From NCBI GenBank assembly GCA_965224465.1, contig OZ245049.1, positions 1,410,001-1,442,000 of the forward strand: a stretch of DNA of 32,000 nucleotides, given 5' to 3'. Made by a program: the position numbers and the translations under genes. The notes under the pieces were generated by a model that worked only from the letters and a program-made list of their open reading frames with translations, made no database searches and was not told where the DNA came from. The stretch comes from Flavobacteriaceae bacterium (GTDB lineage: Bacteria; Bacteroidota; Bacteroidia; Flavobacteriales; Flavobacteriaceae). Every line of letters begins with the position of its first letter. The first letter of the stretch is position 1. Below are positions 1 to 7,878 of the stretch, piece after piece.

Positions 1-600
1 AATAAGCTTCTTGGAAGCCCTTTTAACCCTACACAACTCGTCAAATTTGCTATGGAAGGAGAACGTTTGGCAAGTGGTGTAGCACATGCCGATAATGTAG
101 CACCTGCCCTATTTGGTGGATTTACGCTGGTACGAAGTACAGATCCATTAGAAATAGTAAAAATACACACTCCTAACCTATTGTACGCAACCGTAATTCA
201 CCCACAAATAGAAGTAAAAACATCCGATGCTAGAGAAATATTAAAATCAAACGTAACCTTAAAAGACGCCATTACCCAATGGGCAAATGTAGGTGGATTA
301 ATTAGTGGATTGTACACAGAAGACTACGATTTAATCGGCAGATCTTTACATGATACCATTATAGAACCAATTCGCTCTATTTTAATCCCTGCTTTTGACG
401 CTGTAAAATCCAATGCTCTTAAAGCAGGAGCTTTGGGCTGTGGAATCTCTGGTTCTGGCCCTTCTATTTTTGCTTTGAGCAAAGGGATAGAAACAGCACA
501 AAAAGTAGCAGCATCCATGAAATCTGTATACGAAAACGTAGGCATTGATTTTGATATTCACGTTTCAAAAATAAATCAACAAGGGATCAAAATATTATAA
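1..600 (+). CDS. thrB: Homoserine kinase, 3' part (5' end lies left of the window)
   Basis: Frame 1 is open from nt 1 (NKLLGSPFNPTQLVKF precedes the Met of listed ORF 52..600), so the gene is cut by the window edge. It has GHMP-kinase C-terminal features (GVAHADNVAPALFGG; GISGSGPSIFAL). Its stop lies 11 nt before the thrC start, the classic thrB-thrC order. Confidence 0.85.
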   Translation, partial: NKLLGSPFNPTQLVKFAMEGERLASGVAHADNVAPALFGGFTLVRSTDPLEIVKIHTPNLLYATVIHPQIEVKTSDAREILKSNVTLKDAITQWANVGGLISGLYTEDYDLIGRSLHDTIIEPIRSILIPAFDAVKSNALKAGALGCGISGSGPSIFALSKGIETAQKVAASMKSVYENVGIDFDIHVSKINQQGIKIL

Positions 601-611
601 AAAATAAAACA

Positions 612-1916
612 ATGAACTATTATAGCCTAACAAACAAAAATAACAAAAGCTCTTTTGAAGATGCCGTTATCAAAGGAATTGCACCCGACAGAGGCTTGTA
701 TTTCCCTGAAAACATCACGCCACTTCCAAGTGAATTTTTTAAAAATATAACAAAGTATTCCAACGAAGAAATTGCTTTTAAGGTGATACAACAATTTGTA
801 GGAGACGAAATCCCAAAGTCTGTATTAAAAGACATCATCAAAGAAACCATCGATTTTAAATTTCCCGTTGTAAAAGTCGAAGATGCGATCTATTCTTTGG
901 AATTATTTCACGGTCCCACCATGGCTTTTAAAGATGTAGGAGCACGTTTTATGGCGCGTTGTTTGGGCTATTTTAACCGTGATAAAAAAGATGAAAAGGT
1001 TACGGTATTAGTTGCTACTTCTGGAGACACAGGCGGAGCGGTTGCCAACGGTTTTTTAGGAGTAAAAGGAGTAGATGTCGTTATTTTATATCCCTCAGGA
1101 AAAGTAAGTAATGTCCAAGAAAAACAACTGACTACCCTAGGTCAAAATATTGTAGCCTTAGAGGTAGATGGTGTTTTTGACGACTGTCAAGAAATGGTAA
1201 AAACAGCATTTTTAGACCGTGAAATCACAGATCAGCGTACGTTAACCTCTGCAAATTCGATAAATGTAGCCCGTTGGTTGCCACAAATGTTTTATTTCTT
1301 TTTTGCTTACAAACAATTAAAGCACAAAGAAAAAGGATTGGTGTTTTCTGTTCCAAGTGGGAATTTTGGAAATATATGTGCTGGACTAATGGCGCAACAA
1401 TTAGGCTTACCTGTGCATCAATTTGTGGCATCTACTAATATAAATGATGTAGTTCCAAACTTTTTTAAATCAAAAAAATACACACCTCAACCTTCAAAAC
1501 AGACTATTTCAAATGCAATGGATGTAGGGAATCCAAGTAATTTTATTCGCATACAAGAGATTTTTAATAATGATTTTGAACAACTAAGCAAGCATGTTTC
1601 ATCTTTTTCGTTTGATGATAATGCTACGCGAAAAGCCATGAAAAAAATACACCATACTACAGGATATGTAGCAGACCCACATGGTGCAGTTGGCTATTTA
1701 GGACTTAAAAAATACATCCAACAACAAGATTTACAAGGAGTATTTTTAGAAACAGCACATCCTATAAAATTTGCTGATATTGTAGAACCTGTTTTAAACA
1801 TCAAATTAGACTTACCTCCACAAATTATGGAAGTAATTGACAAGAAAAAAGTAGCCAGTAATATTTCTTCTTATGAAGACCTGAAAGCTTTTTTATTAAA
1901 ACAAACAGTCGCATAG
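612..1916 (+). CDS. thrC: Threonine synthase
   Basis: 434 aa. It has the PLP-lysine region HGPTMAFKDVGARF plus SGDTGGA and SGNFGN blocks typical of long-form threonine synthase. It directly follows thrB. Confidence 0.93.
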   Translation: MNYYSLTNKNNKSSFEDAVIKGIAPDRGLYFPENITPLPSEFFKNITKYSNEEIAFKVIQQFVGDEIPKSVLKDIIKETIDFKFPVVKVEDAIYSLELFHGPTMAFKDVGARFMARCLGYFNRDKKDEKVTVLVATSGDTGGAVANGFLGVKGVDVVILYPSGKVSNVQEKQLTTLGQNIVALEVDGVFDDCQEMVKTAFLDREITDQRTLTSANSINVARWLPQMFYFFFAYKQLKHKEKGLVFSVPSGNFGNICAGLMAQQLGLPVHQFVASTNINDVVPNFFKSKKYTPQPSKQTISNAMDVGNPSNFIRIQEIFNNDFEQLSKHVSSFSFDDNATRKAMKKIHHTTGYVADPHGAVGYLGLKKYIQQQDLQGVFLETAHPIKFADIVEPVLNIKLDLPPQIMEVIDKKKVASNISSYEDLKAFLLKQTVA

Positions 1917-1943
1917 ACATTCTCTGAAATGCTAAAAAAACAA

Positions 1944-2015
1944 CACCAATTACAATCCAAAATAACCGATATAAATAGGTTGTTTTTAAACCGTCACTTG
2001 GAAATGTATTTGGTA
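1944..2015 (+). repeat. Copy A (72 bp, short form) of the dispersed hairpin repeat family (MITE-like)
   Basis: Sequence CACCAATTACAATCCAAAATAACCGATATAAATAG..TTTTTAAACCGTCACTTGGAAATGTATTTGGTA. I count 66/74 identical positions (one flanking nt each side included) against copy C at 16630..16701. The termini are imperfect inverted repeats. It lies in the convergent spacer between thrC and the aminopeptidase gene. The flanking trinucleotides are CAA/TAA. Boundaries are +/-2 nt. Confidence 0.85.
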
Positions 2016-2040
2016 TAAGATTTCTCAACAGCGACGAATA

Positions 2041-2074
2041 AAAAAGGCTGCGATTTAATAATCCTAGCCTTTTA
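2041..2074. terminator. Bidirectional terminator-like hairpin between convergent thrC and the aminopeptidase gene
   Basis: AGGCTGCGATT-taat-AATCCTAGCCT, 11-nt arms with 2 internal mismatches, flanked by an A-run on the left and a T-run on the right. Confidence 0.55.
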
Positions 2075-2129
2075 TTTATGAAATTTAATCTTTTATGATC
2101 TCTGCAAACCGCCTACTGCAAACTGCATA

Positions 2130-3599
2130 TTAATCCAACAAAGGCAAGACAAATCCATCCAACACACTCGGTTTTTCCATCATATTCTCGATAGCTTCTG
2201 ACGATCTAGGAGCCGCTTCGGACAAATTGACGGGACCTTTTTTTGTAATTAATATATCGTCTTCTATCCGCACAGCAATCCCCCACCATTTTGGATCACA
2301 AGGGCTATTATACGGAATATAAATTCCAGGTTCTACAGTAATCACTTGGTTTTCCTTAAAAGAACCAAACAAGCCAGTGTCATGGACATCTAAACCAATA
2401 TAATGAGAAGAACCATGAGGGAAATACTGACGAGAATCTTCGCTGTTTTTAATAATTCCTAATTTAACCAAGCCTTTTGAGATGATAGCCCTTCCCGCTT
2501 TATCAGGTGCAGAAAACTCATTTCCCACTTTTACTTTTGCAATCCCTGCTGTTTGAGCTTTGTAAACCAAATCATAAATTAGTTTCTGTTCTTTAGTGAA
2601 TTTTCCACTTGAAGGAATCGTACGTGTAACATCCGCTGTATACCCATGGTATTCCGCACCTAGATCCATCAGTACCAATTGGTTTTTTATATTGGTTTTA
2701 TTATTTTCAATATAGTGCAGCACACATCCATTACTCCCAGCTCCAACAATGGATGGATACCCTTCATACTCGGCGCCATACTTTTTATAAACAAATTCGT
2801 GAATCCCCTGCACTTCAGTTTCTGACATTCCTTCGTGCATGGCTTTCATAATTTCGATCTGACCAATCGCCGATATTCTAACTGCCTTTGTTAATAAAAC
2901 CAATTCTTCTTTTGTTTTGATCTCGCGCAATGCTGCCATAAACTGCGGCAACCAATCACTATTTATTTTTTCAAGTTTCTTTATTTTCGGTCGGTCAACT
3001 TCCTTGTATCTTGCGGACTCCATAACAGCACTTAACATCTGTTTAAAACCATGGATTAAATCATATAAGTCCACTGCATCACTTGTATTTCTAACATCAT
3101 TTTGAAACCCTTTAAACAGAATTTTATCAAACCTATTAAAATCAATCATGCCTTCTAAAAAATCATAACCAGTAAGTGCCAATTTAAAATCTAATTCCTT
3201 CAATACCCCTTCCACTCCCATACGTTCACCCAGCCACAATTCTTTTTGAGCATCTTTTTGCTGAACAATCATCAATTCATTTACACGCATTCCGTGTATC
3301 AATTGCAGCTCAGAAAAAACCAATAACATTGTATGTGGCTCTTTATAGCCCGTCAAATAATAAAAATCAGGATCTTGATGGTATCTATATTCCACATCAT
3401 TAGACCTATTACGAATGGGATTTGCAAAAAAGACTGCTACTGAATTATCAGGTAACAAGTCACGCAAAGCGGATCTTCTTTTTGAATGAAAATCTGCAGT
3501 GAGATAATCTGTAGGTTTGTGTTTGTTTTGTCCTAAACCTCCATAAGTAAAGATCATAGACAATAGAATTGACAGTATATATTTCATTTCTTTATACAA
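2130..3599 (-). CDS. Xaa-Pro aminopeptidase / M24B-family metallopeptidase, exported
   Basis: 489 aa. It has M24 metal-ligand blocks (LMDLGAEYHGYTADVTRT, HYIGLDVHD, VEPGIY, RIEDD) after an aminopeptidase-P N-terminal region. A hydrophobic signal peptide is present. An alternative ATG at 3587 gives MKYILSILLSMIF. Confidence 0.85.
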   Translation of the reverse strand: MYKEMKYILSILLSMIFTYGGLGQNKHKPTDYLTADFHSKRRSALRDLLPDNSVAVFFANPIRNRSNDVEYRYHQDPDFYYLTGYKEPHTMLLVFSELQLIHGMRVNELMIVQQKDAQKELWLGERMGVEGVLKELDFKLALTGYDFLEGMIDFNRFDKILFKGFQNDVRNTSDAVDLYDLIHGFKQMLSAVMESARYKEVDRPKIKKLEKINSDWLPQFMAALREIKTKEELVLLTKAVRISAIGQIEIMKAMHEGMSETEVQGIHEFVYKKYGAEYEGYPSIVGAGSNGCVLHYIENNKTNIKNQLVLMDLGAEYHGYTADVTRTIPSSGKFTKEQKLIYDLVYKAQTAGIAKVKVGNEFSAPDKAGRAIISKGLVKLGIIKNSEDSRQYFPHGSSHYIGLDVHDTGLFGSFKENQVITVEPGIYIPYNSPCDPKWWGIAVRIEDDILITKKGPVNLSEAAPRSSEAIENMMEKPSVLDGFVLPLLD

Positions 3600-3722
3600 T
3601 TGATAACCTTCAAATATACATTATTTTATTTCTATATAATTTCTACTGAAATTTGATCTAACAAAAGGTATTTTCGAATCAATACCAGTTAAATTAGTAC
3701 AAAAACTCTGAACAATATTTAA

Positions 3723-3730
3723 TACATTTG
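3723..3730 (+). promoter_or_regulatory. Candidate Bacteroidetes -7 promoter box for gcvT
   Basis: TACATTTG matches the TAnnTTTG consensus and ends 16 nt upstream of the gcvT ATG. I saw no clear -33 TTG. Confidence 0.3.
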
Positions 3731-3746
3731 TGAAAAACTAAATTAG

Positions 3747-4829
3747 ATGAAAAACACAGCTTTAACAGATATTCACATAAAACTAGGAGCAAAAATAGTT
3801 CCTTTTGCTGGGTATAACATGCCCGTACAATACGAAGGTATAAATGCAGAACATGAAACCGTACGTAATGGCGTAGGTGTTTTTGATGTTTCTCACATGG
3901 GAGAATTCTTTTTAAAAGGAGAAAACGCCCTTGCTTTGATTCAGAAAATCACCACCAATGATGCTTCTGTTTTATTTGACGGAAAAGTACAGTACAGCTG
4001 TATGACGAATAATGAAGGAGGAATTGTGGATGATCTATTAGTCTATCGCATTAAATCTGACGCGTATTTATTGGTCGTAAATGCTTCTAATATAGAGAAA
4101 GATTGGAATTGGATAGCACAACACAACGATTTAGGTGTGGAAATCACAGACCGTTCTGATGAATATTCTTTATTAGCAGTTCAAGGACCAGATGCGGATG
4201 AGGTGTTACAGAAACTAACAGAAGTAAATCTTTTCAAAATGGTGTATTACACATTTGAAATTGGGAAATTTGCAGGAGTGGATGATGTTATAATCTCAAA
4301 AACAGGATATACAGGTTCAGGTGGTTTTGAAATCTATTTCAAAAATAAAAATGCAGTTGCTATTTGGAATGCGATATTTGAAGCAGGTACTGATTTCGGG
4401 ATCAAACCGATTGGACTGGCTGCTCGCGACACTTTGCGATTAGAAATGGGGTTCTGTTTGTATGGAAATGATTTAAGTGATACTACTTCTCCTATTGAAG
4501 CAGGACTTGGATGGATTACCAAATTCACTAAGGACTTTGTGAATTCTGAAGAAATTAAACGCCACAAAGAAGAAGGTGTTTCTCGCAGATTGGTAGCCTT
4601 TGAATTAACAGAAAAAGGAATTCCTAGACAAGGATACCCTATCTTAAACGAAAACGGTGAAGAAATAGGTGTCGTTACCTCTGGAACCATGTCTCCTTCT
4701 CTAAAAAAAGGAATCGGAATGGGCTATGTAAAAAAAGGAAATACAAAAAAAGACACCGAACTTTTAATTCAAGTTCGTAAGAAAACATTAAAAGCAACTG
4801 TTATAAAATTACCTTTTTACAAAGGATAA
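3747..4829 (+). CDS. gcvT: Glycine cleavage system aminomethyltransferase (T protein)
   Basis: 360 aa. GcvT family blocks [20 protein letters not shown] and [11 protein letters not shown] are present, and length and organisation are typical. Confidence 0.93.
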   Translation: MKNTALTDIHIKLGAKIVPFAGYNMPVQYEGINAEHETVRNGVGVFDVSHMGEFFLKGENALALIQKITTNDASVLFDGKVQYSCMTNNEGGIVDDLLVYRIKSDAYLLVVNASNIEKDWNWIAQHNDLGVEITDRSDEYSLLAVQGPDADEVLQKLTEVNLFKMVYYTFEIGKFAGVDDVIISKTGYTGSGGFEIYFKNKNAVAIWNAIFEAGTDFGIKPIGLAARDTLRLEMGFCLYGNDLSDTTSPIEAGLGWITKFTKDFVNSEEIKRHKEEGVSRRLVAFELTEKGIPRQGYPILNENGEEIGVVTSGTMSPSLKKGIGMGYVKKGNTKKDTELLIQVRKKTLKATVIKLPFYKG

Positions 4830-4911
4830 AATATTACCTTCTATAAAAACAAATAACCTCGACCCAAAGGCACGAGATTTGCTTTTGAAAGAACACGCTC
4901 TTTTATAGAAC

Positions 4912-4945
4912 TTAACCCCTTAATAAAGTTAACCCCTTAATAAAG
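4912..4945. repeat. Perfect tandem duplication of a 17-mer (TTAACCCCTTAATAAAG x2, then TTAA) in the gcvT 3' UTR
   Basis: Units at 4912..4928 and 4929..4945 are identical. A 15/17 related copy, TTAACCCCTAAATAAAA, lies at 5709..5725 just upstream of the rmuC ATG. Confidence 0.8.
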
Positions 4946-4954
4946 TTAAAAAAG

Positions 4955-4984
4955 GTTTTTGAATTCTTCAAAAACTTTTTTTTT
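4955..4984 (+). terminator. Rho-independent terminator of gcvT
   Basis: GTTTTTGAA-ttc-TTCAAAAAC is a perfect 9-bp stem followed by a run of nine T and preceded by an A-run. Confidence 0.8.
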
Positions 4985-5002
4985 ATGATTTTATTTAGCG
5001 AA

Positions 5003-5120
5003 TACCAACTACATTACCAAGTGGCGGTTTAGAAATAGAATTATTTTTTGTTCTGTTTTTCAACAACACTAGAACATAAAACAAACTATTTATATAGGTC
5101 ATTTTGAATTTCAATTGGTA
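5003..5120 (-). repeat. Copy B (118 bp, medium form, inverted orientation) of the hairpin repeat family
   Basis: Its reverse complement reads TACCAATTGAAATTCAAAATGACCTATATAAATAGTTTGTTTTATGTTCTAGTGTTGTTGAAAAACAGAAC|AAAAAATAATTCTATTTCTAAACCGCCACTTGGTAATGTAGTTGGTA. This equals the long form minus the central ~41-bp module. It overlaps the last codons and the stop of the acyltransferase gene. Flanks are GAA/TAA. Confidence 0.85.
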
Positions 5121-5659
5121 TAAAACCTTTCTGGGTGTTTCCCTTTCATACCTTTAAAAAAATCATAAAACACTTTAAAATCTTTTTCTTTATCATCGGT
5201 GATATTGTAAGGAGCTGATAGAACAACTTTCTTATTCCCAAAATCCAATCCGATCATTATTACAGGAACGTTTGCACCTTTGGCTATATAATAAAATCCT
5301 GTTTTCCATTGAACAACTTTCTTTCGAGTTCCTTCCGGAGCTAAAGCCAATATAAAGTGTTCTTTTGAATTAAAAATAGCTACAATTGCATCTACTAAAT
5401 TTGCACTTTTTGACCTATCTACTGGAGTTCCTCCAAGTGCTTTAAAAATAAAACCAAAAGGAGACTTAAAGATAGATTCTTTTCCAATAAAATTAGCTGG
5501 AAATCCACAAACCCATTTGGTAAAAATACCAACAGGAAAATCTTGCCAACTGGTATGGGGCGCAGCTATTATGATACATTTTTTTATATGATTTGGAATT
5601 GTGTTTTCTATTTTCCATCCACAAACACGGAGAAAAAGGAACTTTGCGATATATTGCAT
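5111..5659 (-). CDS. 1-acyl-sn-glycerol-3-phosphate acyltransferase-like protein (small PlsC family)
   Basis: It has the HX4D acyltransferase motif (PHTSWQD) and the APEGTRK block. I prefer the ATG at 5659 (MQYIAKFLF) to the GTG at 5689 used by the ORF track. The final codons (Y)TN and the TGA stop fall inside repeat copy B. Confidence 0.75.
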   Translation of the reverse strand: MQYIAKFLFLRVCGWKIENTIPNHIKKCIIIAAPHTSWQDFPVGIFTKWVCGFPANFIGKESIFKSPFGFIFKALGGTPVDRSKSANLVDAIVAIFNSKEHFILALAPEGTRKKVVQWKTGFYYIAKGANVPVIMIGLDFGNKKVVLSAPYNITDDKEKDFKVFYDFFKGMKGKHPERFYTN

Positions 5660-5729
5660 GATATAAATATGAGGAATTGATATTTCCACAAATATAAAAA
5701 TCTTATTTTTAACCCCTAAATAAAATCTT

Positions 5730-7058
5730 ATGAATCACGAATTACTTTTGATAATTATTGGATGCTTGGGCTTGCTGTTTGGCTTTATCATAGGAAAACT
5801 AGTTACTTCTAATACGCTTAACAAAAAGGTTTTCAAGTATAAAGAGCAAATAAAAAACCTTGAAAAAGAACAAACAATAGTCAAAGAACAGGTCCGAAGT
5901 ATTTCTTTTGAAAAAGACAACGAAGCAACGCTCAAAAAACAATTTGAAATTGAATGCGTCATTAAAAACGAAGAATTAAAGAACATACGTGAAAAATTAA
6001 AAAACAACAAAACAGAAGTTAAAGAATTACAGGAAAAATTCACTCTTCAATTCGAATTATTAGCCAACAAAATACTAGAAGAAAAATCCAGTAAATTCAC
6101 AGCACAAAATCAAGAAAATATTAAATCTATCTTGGCTCCTTTACAAGAAAAAATACAACATTTTGAAAAAAAGGTAGAAGACACACATAAAGATTCCATT
6201 GACAGGCATGCTGCATTAAGACAGCAAATAATAGGACTGGCAGAATTGAATAAGAAAATAAGTACGGAAGCGTTGAACCTCACCAGGGCATTAAAAGGAG
6301 ACAGTAAGACTCAAGGAAACTGGGGAGAATTAATATTAGAACGAGTCTTAGAAAAATCTGGATTGGAAAAAGGCAGAGAATACGAGCTAGAAAAAAGTTT
6401 TACTGTACATAGAGAAAACAAAACAAGATTGCGACCAGATGTAATTATCTACCTTCCAGATCAAAAAAAAATGATCATAGACTCTAAGGTATCCTTAACA
6501 GCTTATGAGCAATATGTAAATGCAGAAACAGAAGAAGACCAGGCAATGCATCTAAAAAACCATCTCATCTCTATAAACAGACATGTAAATCAATTGAGTG
6601 CCAAAAAATACGAAACTTTATACGACATAGAATCACCAGATTTTGTACTCTTATTTGTTCCTGTTGAACCCGCATTTGCCATCGCCATAAATGCCGACAA
6701 TCAATTGTACAATAAAGCCTTTGAAAAAAACATTGTAATTGTAACCCCTAGCACCCTTCTCGCCACACTTAGAACCATTGACAGCATGTGGAACAACGAA
6801 AAACAACAGAGAAATGCAATAGAAATAGCGAGACAAGCAGGAGCGCTTTATGATAAATTCGAAGGACTTTATCAAGATTTGAGTAACATTGGAAAAAAAC
6901 TAGAAGGAGTAAAAATTGATTATGACAAAGCTATAAATAAATTATCCGAAGGACGTGGAAACCTAATTTCAAGCGTACAAAAACTAAAAAGCTTAGGAGC
7001 TAAAGCAAAAAAGTCACTTCCACCAAATACAATATCAAGAGCAAGAGAAGACAAATAA
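5730..7058 (+). CDS. rmuC: DNA recombination protein RmuC
   Basis: 442 aa. It has an N-terminal TM segment, a long coiled-coil and the RmuC nuclease-like core (GNWGELILERVLEKSGL, RPDVIIYLP, IDSKVSL). Confidence 0.9.
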   Translation: MNHELLLIIIGCLGLLFGFIIGKLVTSNTLNKKVFKYKEQIKNLEKEQTIVKEQVRSISFEKDNEATLKKQFEIECVIKNEELKNIREKLKNNKTEVKELQEKFTLQFELLANKILEEKSSKFTAQNQENIKSILAPLQEKIQHFEKKVEDTHKDSIDRHAALRQQIIGLAELNKKISTEALNLTRALKGDSKTQGNWGELILERVLEKSGLEKGREYELEKSFTVHRENKTRLRPDVIIYLPDQKKMIIDSKVSLTAYEQYVNAETEEDQAMHLKNHLISINRHVNQLSAKKYETLYDIESPDFVLLFVPVEPAFAIAINADNQLYNKAFEKNIVIVTPSTLLATLRTIDSMWNNEKQQRNAIEIARQAGALYDKFEGLYQDLSNIGKKLEGVKIDYDKAINKLSEGRGNLISSVQKLKSLGAKAKKSLPPNTISRAREDK

Positions 7059-7167
7059 AGTTTGATACCTCATTATTTATACATATTTTCGCAACGGGTT
7101 TACTAGCAACAATTTAATTATTTATATCTCATAGACAACTTCTATGGGATAAATCCGCTTATAGCAT

Positions 7168-7437
7168 ATGGAGAAATACACTACCTTTTTTAAACAACTT
7201 GGTTACACAGATATAGAATGTGTAATTCTAAATTTGTTTTACAACAAAGAACAAACGTCCTATACATTTTTTGAAATAAGAAAAAAAACAGGACTCCCCA
7301 AAAACATATTAAATAGATGTTTAAAACACCTTATCAAAATAAATGAACTCACTTTTATAAAAAATGAAATAAGTCGTAAACGCCTATTTTCAATCTCAGA
7401 AAAAGCAATCTTAAAAAGTAAATTAGCTGATTATTAA
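7168..7437 (+). CDS. Small winged-helix (TrmB/MarR-like) DNA-binding protein, hypothetical
   Basis: 89 aa. The pattern LGYTDIECVILNLF..YTFFEIRKKTGLPKNILNRCLKHL resembles the TrmB/MarR N-terminal HTH. The gene is isolated in a very AT-rich, otherwise non-coding 0.8-kb stretch, so the coding status itself is only moderately supported. Confidence 0.45.
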   Translation: MEKYTTFFKQLGYTDIECVILNLFYNKEQTSYTFFEIRKKTGLPKNILNRCLKHLIKINELTFIKNEISRKRLFSISEKAILKSKLADY

Positions 7438-7488
7438 ATAGACCGTAAATAACTAAATTAAAAACCTTAAGCAACAAAAAAAGCACTA

Positions 7489-7502
7489 CACCAATAACAC
7501 TC
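7489..7502 (+). repeat. Possible solo left-end fragment of the hairpin repeat family
   Basis: ACACCAATAACACTC (7488..7502) matches the left end of copy F (ACACCAATTACACTC) at 14/15 positions. No matching right end is recognisable nearby. Confidence 0.3.
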
Positions 7503-7878
7503 AGATCATTACTTAAGGGAATTCTAACCAATTAAAAAAATCTTCATTTAAGTACCTTATATTTTCAACTAAAAGATTCACACCCCTAGCATCCTAAATA
7601 TAAAATTATTTTAAGCCATTTCTTACAAGAACGATGGAGTATTGACACGCCTAAATTTTAAGGACAAACGCGTCCTCTTCGTTTCAAAAGAAATAAATAT
7701 TTTCTATAAACTGCACTATACAACAGTAGAAATCTAAATAACAGAACATATAGCTAATCATGTAATTTACATTTATTATAACGTGAATTACACCTATAAA
7801 AACGCAAAAAATATTAGCTTAGTCGGAACTGTTATATATTTATATAAAACTCACAATAAATTAGTGATTTTTATATTT

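Noticed and set aside
1825-2028. The listed ORFs 1825..2028 (-), 16672..16854 (-) and 28323..28511 (+) run through intergenic spacers.
   Set aside because: Each is built largely from a copy of the hairpin repeat family plus the tail of a neighbouring gene or spacer. The three translations are unrelated to each other although they share the repeat DNA, so they are not coding.
7438-7878. I checked for hidden tRNA, rRNA or riboswitch-like RNA genes in the long spacers (7438..7878, 15840..16162, 28162..28350).
   Set aside because: There are no cloverleaf-compatible GC-rich stems and no conserved riboswitch cores that I can recognise. The sequence is very AT-rich with only short hairpins. A covariance-model scan would be needed to be certain.
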